Below, piece after piece: positions 25,464-33,987 of a DNA stretch of 54,242 nucleotides. Positions within the stretch are counted from its first letter, which is position 1; each line of letters opens with the position of its first letter. Source of the DNA: a virus (taxonomy: Duplodnaviria > Caudoviricetes); the IMG/VR virus record IMGVR_UViG_3300045837_000080, positions 1 to 54,242 of that record; one strand, 5' to 3'. Below the pieces are notes generated by a model that was not told the DNA's origin, made no database searches, and saw only the letters and a list, made by a program, of their open reading frames with translations. Made by a program: the position numbers and the translations under genes.

Positions 25464-26165
25464 CTAAGTTGCCAGCCTGGTGATCATGGCGTCTTTGGTG
25501 CCCTTGTCCGTCAGACCCCGCTCGCGGCACATCTTGCGCAGCGTGGAGACATGCAGGGTGCCCAGCGGCAGCGGGTTCAGCGGCGCGTCCTCCTCGGTCA
25601 CGTCCGGGGCTTCCCCCAGCTGCGCCTGGGCGCTCATCCTGATCCCGCAGGTGCTGCAGAACCCGGCTCCCGCCACGTTGTCGTGCCCGTTGGCGCACAC
25701 CGTGGTGCCCTTGATGATCCGGGGATCGAACGTCTGCTGGAGCAGCCACATCGCGTTGTCCGGGATGGAGATGCCGGCGGACTTGGCGGCGATCAGCGCC
25801 TGGAGCTGCTGAAGCTCCTGGGCTCCCCGCTCCGCGCGGATCTTGTTGACGTGCTGCTCATCGGGCGTCGGCGGGATGCCCTCGGGGGTGCTCGACCAGT
25901 GCGGGTCAGCGTCGGCGACATGCTCCATCCGGGACGGGATGCCCTGTTCCCGGTCGCCGGGGATCACCTTGATGATCTTCGGCTTGTGGTCGCCGCGCAG
26001 GTAGGACTCGCAGCCGGCGCGCCCGTCAGGCTGCGGACCGCAGTCCAGCTTCCATACTTTCGCCGGGCTGCCGTGGGTCACCGGACGCACATGCGTGGCT
26101 CCGCAGCCTCCCGAGGTCTCGGGGATCGAGACGGACATCAGGTCCGACCTCGCGTAGAGCGAAAT
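25464..26165 (-). CDS. virion-module protein with zinc ribbon and C-terminal SAP-like domain
   Basis: CANGH..FCSTCG; LHVSTLRKMCRERGL..KGTK..MITRL (SAP-like); start ATT 26165 or GTG 26174. Confidence 0.65.
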   Translation of the reverse strand: MSLYARSDLMSVSIPETSGGCGATHVRPVTHGSPAKVWKLDCGPQPDGRAGCESYLRGDHKPKIIKVIPGDREQGIPSRMEHVADADPHWSSTPEGIPPTPDEQHVNKIRAERGAQELQQLQALIAAKSAGISIPDNAMWLLQQTFDPRIIKGTTVCANGHDNVAGAGFCSTCGIRMSAQAQLGEAPDVTEEDAPLNPLPLGTLHVSTLRKMCRERGLTDKGTKDAMITRLAT

Positions 26166-26210
26166 GATAACCACTTCCTCTTGGATAGAGTTGATACGAC
26201 ATGAAAGGAC

Positions 26211-26450
26211 GTGATGCTGATGGCAGGAACCGCGCGCCCCCAGGCAGACGGGATGATCACCTGGAGTGATACCTGCGTCGCCTGCGGGAAGCCCGCCGAG
26301 GTCGCCGGGCTCGACCCGGGCGCGGTCAATCTCTGGCGGGACGGGATGTTCATCCAGGACGCCTTCCCGCAGCTCAGTGACGACGAGCGGGAGATCCTCA
26401 TCTCCGGGATGCACGGGGACTGCTATGACTGGTGGTACCCCCCGGAGTGA
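26211..26450 (+). CDS. hypothetical protein (79 aa)
   Basis: GAAAGGA RBS; IQDAFPQLSDDEREILISG.H..C.D motif. Confidence 0.65.
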   Translation: MMLMAGTARPQADGMITWSDTCVACGKPAEVAGLDPGAVNLWRDGMFIQDAFPQLSDDEREILISGMHGDCYDWWYPPE

Positions 26451-26539
26451 GGTATGCTTGCCCGTGAGCCCGGGGGTTCTCTTTGCTGCCGCTTCCAGGA
26501 CCCCCGGGCTCAGCCCTGGAACCTGCAGGGAGGTATCAC

Positions 26540-26872
26540 GTGACCCGGACCAGGAAGCCGGTCCCCAGCAGGTGGTGGAAGCACCCTTACTGCTGGTACT
26601 GCGGCAAGAAAGTCTTCAAGTCCCGCAGCCCTCGCGCCAGCAACAACCCGGACATGGGTACCGTCGAGCACATCCCGCCGCTGTGGATCACCCGGCTCCC
26701 CGGGGGGGAGAAGCTGGAGCAGCGCAAGGTGCTCGCCTGCCGGGCATGCAATCACGCCGAGGGCGTGAAAGTCACCCGGCTGTTCCCCGCTTTCTTCATC
26801 CAGCTGTGGAACGGCGGCAGCCTGCCCAGGGAGAAGCTCATGCTGCCGCCTGGCGGCAGGTCTAGCCAGTAG
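26540..26872 (+). CDS. HNH endonuclease
   Basis: GGAGG RBS + GTG; CWYCG..TVEHIPP..VLACRACN. Confidence 0.8.
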   Translation: MTRTRKPVPSRWWKHPYCWYCGKKVFKSRSPRASNNPDMGTVEHIPPLWITRLPGGEKLEQRKVLACRACNHAEGVKVTRLFPAFFIQLWNGGSLPREKLMLPPGGRSSQ

Positions 26873-26882
26873 TCGTTCCCGC

Positions 26883-27224
26883 TCATCGCGGCATGGCGAT
26901 CGGGGCGAACACGTCGTCCATGGTGATCTCGCGCCCGCGCATCTCCGACTCAGGAACGGTCTGACCGCCGCACTTGCGGCAGGTCGTCATCCACGCATAT
27001 CCCAGGAAAACGCACTCCGGGCACCAGCGCCCCTCCGGGGTCTTCTTCGGGAAGAACTTCTCCGGACCGGCATCCACCAGTCCCGCCTGCGCGTACTGCT
27101 GCTCGCGCAGCGCCGGGATATGCCGGTCATCCACGTCTACTGACGTCCCTGGCTTGGCGACGTACCGCGTCCCGTCGGACGCCTTGAAACCCATACAGCC
27201 GGGCGGAAGGTTGACCCTGGTCAT
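26883..27224 (-). CDS. hypothetical protein with zinc ribbon
   Basis: AGGAG RBS; CPEC..CRKCG. Confidence 0.65.
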   Translation of the reverse strand: MTRVNLPPGCMGFKASDGTRYVAKPGTSVDVDDRHIPALREQQYAQAGLVDAGPEKFFPKKTPEGRWCPECVFLGYAWMTTCRKCGGQTVPESEMRGREITMDDVFAPIAMPR

Positions 27225-27231
27225 CGTTCTC

Positions 27232-27522
27232 CTAGCTTGCGGTGCTGATCAGGAAATGAAACGTGGAGGCGACTGCCGAACCGGTGGTCGCGTAGAATTG
27301 CTTCCCGCCTCCGGTTCCTATGTAGGACTCGGAGTTAGCTGGCGTGACCGGGACGGGAATCCCGTTCGCGCTGCTCACGTTCGCGCTCGACCCCAGGTAC
27401 ACGGTCGCCGGGTTCCCCGATGTCGGCTGGAAGACCAGGAAGTTGGAGAGCCCGGTCGGCAGCAGGAAAACGGGAATGGTGGCATTCCCGGGGACAGCCA
27501 CCTGTCCGAGGGTGATGCTCAT
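27232..27522 (-). CDS. small virion protein (paralog family A)
   Basis: ATG overlaps the upstream TGA; VYLGSSANVSSANG motif. Confidence 0.65.
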   Translation of the reverse strand: MSITLGQVAVPGNATIPVFLLPTGLSNFLVFQPTSGNPATVYLGSSANVSSANGIPVPVTPANSESYIGTGGGKQFYATTGSAVASTFHFLISTAS

Positions 27523-27803
27523 CAGCCCTGGTCCGTCACGATCACGAAGTTGACGACCCCGCTCGTGGCGGAGGTGTTGGCTCCGTAAAAAGTAGAGCCC
27601 TTGGATGAGACGTAATTGAAGAAGCTCGTCGGGATCGAGTGGCAGACCAGCCCGTTCGAGGAAGTGACCGCCGTGCTCGTGCCCACGTAGATGTTCGGGA
27701 CGGACACGTTCCAGAACGTGACATTGCACAAGCCGCTGGGAACGGTGAAAATAGGGACGGTGGATGTGGCTCCTACCGTCGCCTGCCCCATGACATAGCC
27801 CAC
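27522..27803 (-). CDS. small virion protein (paralog family A)
   Basis: AGGAG RBS; IYVGTSTAVTSSNG motif. Confidence 0.65.
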   Translation of the reverse strand: MGYVMGQATVGATSTVPIFTVPSGLCNVTFWNVSVPNIYVGTSTAVTSSNGLVCHSIPTSFFNYVSSKGSTFYGANTSATSGVVNFVIVTDQG

Positions 27804-27809
27804 ATGCTC

Positions 27810-28502
27810 CTAGAACTTAGTGAAAAGCCACTGCAGATCCGGGCTGAACATCCGGCGGAGCAAGGAGACCTGGCCGGACATGCGCTGCGCCCGCCAGCGG
27901 GTGAACTCAGCGAAATCAGGATCGCCGTCCGCCTGCTCCGCCCGGCTGTACGTCTCATCCCGCACCGCGCCGGGCGTCACCGAGTAATGCTCGTGGCGGA
28001 TGACCGCGCGGGGGCAGAACCGCATCAGCCCCGAGCGCTTGCCCAGCTCCGCCCACACGTTGTCGATGTAGAAGTGCCGGAAGCCCGGCTCGGCGAACCA
28101 GCCGAGCACCGTGATCACGTCACTGGACATGAGCACGTGCTCGGGGACGTCATAACGCCGCTTGTCATCGGGGTAGACGATCCCCGTCCCGCCTAGCGCG
28201 TCCAGCGTCCCCATCATGAGCAGGTCCCACCCGGGGGTGACGAACACCTGGTCATCGGCAGCCAGCATGAGCGCCCGGTACCGGGGCGCGAGCTTAAGGG
28301 CGGCGTCGTTGATCGCGGTGACCAGCGAGTCGCGCTCCACGGTCATCACGTCGGCGCCGATGCCCGCATAGGAAACATCGTCATCGTCGATGACCAGCAC
28401 CAGGTCCACTTCGCCCAGGGCGGTCTCCCGGAACGAGGCGATGCACTTTTCTGCCAGCTCCCGGCGCTTCCTGGTCGGGATGAACACGCACAGCTCGCTC
28501 AT
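27810..28502 (-). CDS. GT2/GT-A-fold glycosyltransferase
   Basis: VFIPTRKR, VIDDDD, AADD (DxD-like), HFYIDN motifs. Confidence 0.85.
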   Translation of the reverse strand: MSELCVFIPTRKRRELAEKCIASFRETALGEVDLVLVIDDDDVSYAGIGADVMTVERDSLVTAINDAALKLAPRYRALMLAADDQVFVTPGWDLLMMGTLDALGGTGIVYPDDKRRYDVPEHVLMSSDVITVLGWFAEPGFRHFYIDNVWAELGKRSGLMRFCPRAVIRHEHYSVTPGAVRDETYSRAEQADGDPDFAEFTRWRAQRMSGQVSLLRRMFSPDLQWLFTKF

Positions 28503-28852
28503 GTCAGGATCGGCGTCCCTAGTCTCTTGGTGTCCGTCTCGTACGCTTGCCCGCTGCGCGGACCCCTGGTGAACACGAGCACCGTGGTGTCCTCCAGTGC
28601 CTTCCAGGCATGCGGGATGCCCGCCGGCTCGGTGATCAGCTCGCCCGGACCATGCTCGCCCAGGTGCACCCCGTCATCCTCGGTCCAGGCTGTCTGCAGC
28701 CTCCCGGAGACGACGTACGTCCACTGCGTGGTCCGCATGTGAACGTGATTGCCCCGGACGCTGCCAGCTCTCGTGAAGATCTCGGTGACCGCGTCGATGC
28801 TTCCCAGGAGATCCTGGATGACGCCTCTTTCATCCTGGTATCTATCAGCCAT
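28499..28852 (-). CDS. cupin-fold NDP-sugar isomerase/epimerase
   Basis: DERG, RGNHVH, YVVSG, P.GIPH motifs. Confidence 0.8.
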   Translation of the reverse strand: MADRYQDERGVIQDLLGSIDAVTEIFTRAGSVRGNHVHMRTTQWTYVVSGRLQTAWTEDDGVHLGEHGPGELITEPAGIPHAWKALEDTTVLVFTRGPRSGQAYETDTKRLGTPILT

Positions 28853-30044
28853 TTCCCAGCACCTCCCGTACCTTGCTGAACGGGACGGGACCTTTCACCG
28901 TGTAGACGACCGGCTCCCGGCACTCGTCGCTGATAATGCGAGGCTCAGGAAGGGGGATGATGATCCCTCCCATGTACCCCATCTGCCGGATCTTCGGGAC
29001 GATGTCGTCCCTGATATGCCAGGACAGCAGCAGCGCGTACGGGGGCTGGTCCTGCTTGAGCCTGATCTCATCGACGACCGGGATCAGCGTCCCGGGGATG
29101 TTCGTCCCGATCTTCTCGCTCCACGGCACCTCGCATACGCAGTGCAGCCACTGCCCCAGACCCGCGTAGTGGATGAGCGTGGTCGCCCGTGTCGTCGCCC
29201 CGATCCCGTAGACGGGACCGCGAAGGGACGAGAGCAGCTCCCGCAGGCTCTCACGTGCCCGCTGAGCCTTTATCTCCAGCCCATCGGGCTCTTTCATGGC
29301 GGTGAGCCGGAACGAGCCTCCGTGCGCCTGGAGGCGCTCTGCGTCCACGACGGTCAGCCCGTGCATCTCCAGCAGCCGGGTCAGCGTCCCCAGGGTGTAA
29401 TAGCGGAGATGCTCGTGGTAGACCGTGTCGAACTGCAAGCCCCTGGAGATGGAATTCCAGTCGTGGTTCTCGGTGATGAAGACCCCGTCGTCATCCAGCA
29501 GCGTGATGATGCCTTCGAGGAAGTCATGCGGGTCAGGTACGTGAGCCAGGACATTGCATGCCGTAATCACGGATGCCCTCCGGACATGCGAGATGTCCAG
29601 CCCCAGCCGCGCCGTGAAATACTGCTGCTGTACCGGAATACCCTCGGCGCTGATCTTCCGCGCCTGCCCGGTGGGCTCTACCCCGAGCAGCCCCAGTCCG
29701 GGAGCGACCTTCCGGACTGCTCGCAGCAGCGTCCCGTCGTTTGCCCCGATGTCAATGACCAGCCCGCCGCTCCCGCTCACGTGCACGGCGATCTTCTCCG
29801 CGAGATCAGCGAAATGCCGCTGACGTTCCTTCGAGTTCCCGGCGGCATACAGGTGATCCTGCGGGAAGACTTCCTCTTTCGGCGGGATATGCGACAGCTG
29901 GACCAGCTGGCATTTCTCGCACCGGATCAGCTTCAGCGGGTAGCGCTTGCCGTTGTCGTTCTCCGCGAGCGGCTGGGTCCCCAGGTCAAGGACAGGCTGG
30001 AAGTTACGCCAGCCGCACAGCCCGCAGGCGGTCACCTCACCCAT
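28845..30044 (-). CDS. NDP-sugar C-methyltransferase-like protein
   Basis: CGLCG..VLDLG.QPLA, CQLVQL, DIGANDGTLL, NVLAHVPD, FDTVYHEH.RYY, HGGS, P.YALLLSWH. Confidence 0.88.
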   Translation of the reverse strand: MGEVTACGLCGWRNFQPVLDLGTQPLAENDNGKRYPLKLIRCEKCQLVQLSHIPPKEEVFPQDHLYAAGNSKERQRHFADLAEKIAVHVSGSGGLVIDIGANDGTLLRAVRKVAPGLGLLGVEPTGQARKISAEGIPVQQQYFTARLGLDISHVRRASVITACNVLAHVPDPHDFLEGIITLLDDDGVFITENHDWNSISRGLQFDTVYHEHLRYYTLGTLTRLLEMHGLTVVDAERLQAHGGSFRLTAMKEPDGLEIKAQRARESLRELLSSLRGPVYGIGATTRATTLIHYAGLGQWLHCVCEVPWSEKIGTNIPGTLIPVVDEIRLKQDQPPYALLLSWHIRDDIVPKIRQMGYMGGIIIPLPEPRIISDECREPVVYTVKGPVPFSKVREVLGNG

Positions 30045-30993
30045 TGGCGCGGTACCAGGCGACTGTCCTGGCAAGCCCGTCATCGAAAGGCACCTCGGGG
30101 TAATAGAAATTCCCGAGTTCCTTCATCTTGCCCATGTCCGGGAGCCTGCGCGGCGGGGAGCCTTTCGGTAGCTTCCCGGGAATCAGCTTGATATCCCTGC
30201 CGTAACAGGCGGCGACGCCGTGAGCCACATCGGAGATTGTCCGCTCCTCCATCGTGCCTACGTTGTAGATGCCCTGCTCGCCCTGCTCCAGCAGGAGCAT
30301 GAACTGGTCAATGCAGTCATCGATATAGCAGAAGCTGCGGGTCTCTTCGCCCGTTCCCTGGATGGGAAACCGGATGATCCCCCCGGGATGCTCCTGGATG
30401 AGCCGGTTCATCCGGATGCAGAACTCGGGGATGACATGCTCGCGCCCCATGTCCGGACCGTAGATGTTATGCGGGCGGGCGATGATCACCCGGTCCAGGA
30501 CGCCGGTCCGCGCCCATGCCAGGGACATGATCTCGCTGGCGATCTTCCCGCCGCCGTAGGAGTACCGGGGGTTCAGCGGGTCCGGCACGGTCAGCGGGAT
30601 CGTCTCCGGGGTGGGGACGATACTTGCCACCTGGTACGCCTCGGAAGAGGAGACGAGCAGCAGGTCAGCGCAGCCCGTGGCTTCGCAGGCAGCCAGGATG
30701 TTCAGCATGCCCCGCATCGCCACGTCCAGCACCTGGCGCGGCTCGGAATAAAACGACTGGGTTCCCTGCAGGTATGCCAGGTGGATGACGCAATCGCATC
30801 CGTGCATGGCGAGGTTCACCATGTACGGGTCGCGGACATCCCCGCTGACGATATCGCATCCTATTCCTGCCAGCCGCTCCGGCTTCCCCCGGGAGAAGTC
30901 GTCAAGGACGACGACTTCGCATCCCTGTGATGCCAGGCGCCTGACCAGGTTACTGCCTATGAACCCTGCCCCGCCGGTTACCAGATAGCGCAC
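30037..30993 (-). CDS. NAD-dependent NDP-sugar epimerase/dehydratase (extended SDR)
   Basis: VTGGAGFIGS, SSSEAY, YGGGK, RPHNIYGP, TRSFCYIDD. Confidence 0.92.
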   Translation of the reverse strand: MRYLVTGGAGFIGSNLVRRLASQGCEVVVLDDFSRGKPERLAGIGCDIVSGDVRDPYMVNLAMHGCDCVIHLAYLQGTQSFYSEPRQVLDVAMRGMLNILAACEATGCADLLLVSSSEAYQVASIVPTPETIPLTVPDPLNPRYSYGGGKIASEIMSLAWARTGVLDRVIIARPHNIYGPDMGREHVIPEFCIRMNRLIQEHPGGIIRFPIQGTGEETRSFCYIDDCIDQFMLLLEQGEQGIYNVGTMEERTISDVAHGVAACYGRDIKLIPGKLPKGSPPRRLPDMGKMKELGNFYYPEVPFDDGLARTVAWYRANG

Positions 30994-31048
30994 TCACATA
31001 CCTGCCTTCCCGGCGGAGCCGGATCATAATACAGTCCTTGCGCGGATA

Positions 31049-31576
31049 TTACCCGACGCCTGCGTTCACGCGCAATTGCCCTGGCTGGAATGTCGCCGAA
31101 TAGACGACATCGCCATTCGCGACATCCAGGACCAGCGGGTTGGCGAACGTGATCTGGCTGGACGCCGTCGTGCTCGCCACCAGCTGCGCCTGCATTCCCG
31201 AGGTGTTCGCCGTGTTCCCGATGAGAACATAGGTCCCGGCGGCGAGACCCGCAGGGACGGCGGCGGTCAGGGTGAGCGCGGTCGTCCCTGCGGTCGCCGC
31301 CGAGGCGCCCACGGTGCCGCGCACGATGGGGGCGGTCACCCCGGACACCGCGTACAGCTGCTGATTGATGTTCTGCAGCTCGATCGGGCGGTTGCCCGGG
31401 AGGATCGGCAGCCCCGTGTACTGGGTGACACCCGGTCCCCCTACGTAGACGGGATTGACGTTCCCCTCGTTGAACAGCCGCACCGACGCCTGCGTCCCCG
31501 GGGTGGGCGTGAACACCCACTGGGGCGTCACCGTCGGGTTGTAATCCGCCTGGACGCCCGGACCCAAGTTGGTCAT
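31049..31576 (-). CDS. virion protein (paralog family A with extra beta domain)
   Basis: AGGAG RBS; N.G...VYVGGPGVT..TG motif. Confidence 0.65.
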   Translation of the reverse strand: MTNLGPGVQADYNPTVTPQWVFTPTPGTQASVRLFNEGNVNPVYVGGPGVTQYTGLPILPGNRPIELQNINQQLYAVSGVTAPIVRGTVGASAATAGTTALTLTAAVPAGLAAGTYVLIGNTANTSGMQAQLVASTTASSQITFANPLVLDVANGDVVYSATFQPGQLRVNAGVG

Positions 31577-31658
31577 AGTAGACTCCTTGCTGGGATCTCC
31601 GCAGAGGTCTTGAGGAAATGCTCCCCCGGCATTGGCGTGCCGGGGGAGATCTCAAGCC

Positions 31659-31979
31659 TCAGACGTAGGCGACGTTGGTCGCGTAGCCGACCGACACCTG
31701 ACCGGTGCCGGCGCCCGCGATCGCGGTCAGCGGGACGCCCGACGGCACCTGGCACTGGGTGAGCACCAGGGAGCCCCCGGTCGGGATCTGGAAGCTCGCC
31801 ACCGAGGTGGCGACGTTGGATGCCCCGATCCCGACGAAAATCGATACCGTCCCCGAATTGGTGACCACCAGGTCCCGCTGGTAAGCGAACGTGGACGCGG
31901 TCGCGGCGGCGGTGGTGAAAACAGTGCCAGCGGTCGTTGTAACGGAAGCGACAGTCTGCCACTGAGCTGCAATAGCCAT
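31659..31979 (-). CDS. small virion protein (paralog family A), possible capsid decoration
   Basis: Directly after the capsid gene; NSG.VSIFVG motif. Confidence 0.65.
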   Translation of the reverse strand: MAIAAQWQTVASVTTTAGTVFTTAAATASTFAYQRDLVVTNSGTVSIFVGIGASNVATSVASFQIPTGGSLVLTQCQVPSGVPLTAIAGAGTGQVSVGYATNVAYV

Positions 31980-32001
31980 GGGAAAACCTATTCCTCTTGT
32001 G

Positions 32002-32037
32002 ATGAGCCCGGAGAGGTTTGCGCCTCTCCGGGCTCAT
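32002..32037 (-). terminator. 15-bp hairpin after the major capsid gene
   Basis: ATGAGCCCGGAGAGG / CCTCTCCGGGCTCAT perfect inverted repeat; no U tract. Confidence 0.6.
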
Positions 32038-32042
32038 GGTTA

Positions 32043-33959
32043 TTAGCTGAACGGCGTGACGTCGCTGACCTGCAGACCCTGCAGGATTCCGCTGTACATC
32101 GGGGCGTGCGCGACCAGGCTTCCGAGAAGGAAAATCGAATACCTGAACGTAGCGTCGATGACCGGCCATGCGACACTGATGTAGTCCTGGACGACGGTCA
32201 TCTCCCAGGCGTTGTCCACGTGGGACCACGTCTGGGGCAGCTGGTAGCTCATGAGCAGGGCAGTGCCCTGGCTCATCCACGGGTGGACGGTCAGCTTGAC
32301 AGTCGAACGGGTGACCGGGTTGACGAACTCGGCGACCGCAGCGCCGGCACGGATGCCGGAAATCTGGTCCTGGCTGATGTTCAGCAGGTAGTTCAGCGAG
32401 TTGCCCTGGAGCAGCATGTCATTGGCGAGCCGCATGAGGTCACCGCCATCGGCGACGATCTCCGACGGGTCCGCCTTGTAGACGCCGGGCGCGACGTTGT
32501 TCAGCCCGTTGTTCTCCCACAGCGCATCGAGCGCGGTGAAGATGGCATTCGTGCTCAGGTGGGTGCCGACGCTCTGGTTGACGTACCCCCCCTTCCACAC
32601 GTTCGAGCCGGTGAACCCGACGTTCGCGTACGGACCCGACCCGGTGGCGCTCAGCCCGGACAGGGTGGGGATCAGACCTTCCAGCCTGTTCGAGCCGCCC
32701 GTGCCCGTGTCCGCCGCCGGCGGCTGGGTGTTCGTCCCGCCCGGGTTATTCGAGGTAGTCGCCACCGCGCCCTGCAGGGTGACCCGGATGCCGCCGACCG
32801 AGTTGGCGTTCTGGGTGCCCTGGTAGGTGACCCCGGACTGGACGGAGGTGCCCACCATCAGGTAGAACGTGCCGCCGTTCGTGGTCATGTAGACGTTGTA
32901 CTGCTGCGCGCCCGCCACGGGCGCGATCACCACGTCCGCCACCTGCCCGTTCGAGGCGGTGACGTTACCGCTGGAGGCAGAGGCGACCGTCTCGCCGAAG
33001 AAGTTCAGCGCGGTCACCTTGACGGCGATGTTCGTGGTGATGCCCGTCATCCCGGTCTCGTTCGAGCCGGCGGTCCGCACCGTCACCGTCGGGGCGGCAG
33101 GAGTCGGCAGGTTCTGCGAGGAACCAGCCATGAGCTGGTATTCCTCGCCCAGCATCATCTCCTGGAGCAGCACCAGGTTGGCGAGCGCGGAAACATCTTC
33201 GAACCCCTGACCCTCGAACTGGGCAAGCCAGCTCAGGCTTTCGGTAAGCCCGAAGAAACGGTAAGGAACCGAGAGCTTGTACTCAGTCTGGCTTCCGGTC
33301 TTCGGGAGGTTCAGCGGCCAGTTGGTGCCGCCGATCCCGGTGACCCCGGACTGGACAAGCTCGGGCATCGAGATGTCGACGATGCCCTGCCCGCCGGTCT
33401 GGGACCCGGAGATCCCGATCAGCCCGTACACCTGCCGCGCCGCGCCCTGCCCTGCCGGGCGAGGGAACTTGTTGCGGAAAAGGGTATAAACCGGGTAAAT
33501 CAGGCGAGAAGGGGCAAGCAGGTCAAAAGGCACCAGACCGTACGGAACCCCGTTGAGACCCAGGTTGCCTGCGGTGAAGCTCTTGTTCAGCACCGCGCTC
33601 TGCTTCACCTGGTAGGCGATCGGCGCGAAGCTGCGGTGGTTCAGGAAGTCACGGGAAACCCCCGCCAGGACGTCATCGGTGTCCCGGACGCCCCGCATGG
33701 TCGCGGTGCGCACGTCCAGCGCCGCCTGGGTCGCCTTGGTCAGGATCTCCCCGGAATGCCTGCCCTCGGACAGGGGCACCCCGTTGTTCGTGACGTGACC
33801 GACGCCTTTCACCAGGTCTTTCGCCTTGGTGGTGAACAGGGCTTCGTAGTCGGTCCGCCGGGCTGCCGCGCCCATCTGCGCGTTCACAGCCCCGAGGGGA
33901 GCGCCTGCTCCCATCGCGGGAGCGGTAAGCTCCTCATTCGTGGTCAGGATATCTGCCAC
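32043..33959 (-). CDS. major capsid protein with inserted Ig/FN3-like domain
   Basis: Follows the protease/scaffold; FDL..PS.LIYPV.T.FRNK.PR..GQG, EEYQLM.G, HPWM.QG; PAAPTV...YNVY insert. Confidence 0.82.
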   Translation of the reverse strand: MADILTTNEELTAPAMGAGAPLGAVNAQMGAAARRTDYEALFTTKAKDLVKGVGHVTNNGVPLSEGRHSGEILTKATQAALDVRTATMRGVRDTDDVLAGVSRDFLNHRSFAPIAYQVKQSAVLNKSFTAGNLGLNGVPYGLVPFDLLAPSRLIYPVYTLFRNKFPRPAGQGAARQVYGLIGISGSQTGGQGIVDISMPELVQSGVTGIGGTNWPLNLPKTGSQTEYKLSVPYRFFGLTESLSWLAQFEGQGFEDVSALANLVLLQEMMLGEEYQLMAGSSQNLPTPAAPTVTVRTAGSNETGMTGITTNIAVKVTALNFFGETVASASSGNVTASNGQVADVVIAPVAGAQQYNVYMTTNGGTFYLMVGTSVQSGVTYQGTQNANSVGGIRVTLQGAVATTSNNPGGTNTQPPAADTGTGGSNRLEGLIPTLSGLSATGSGPYANVGFTGSNVWKGGYVNQSVGTHLSTNAIFTALDALWENNGLNNVAPGVYKADPSEIVADGGDLMRLANDMLLQGNSLNYLLNISQDQISGIRAGAAVAEFVNPVTRSTVKLTVHPWMSQGTALLMSYQLPQTWSHVDNAWEMTVVQDYISVAWPVIDATFRYSIFLLGSLVAHAPMYSGILQGLQVSDVTPFS

Positions 33960-33987
33960 ACATCTCCGGTGGAGTAGTCAGCGTGCA

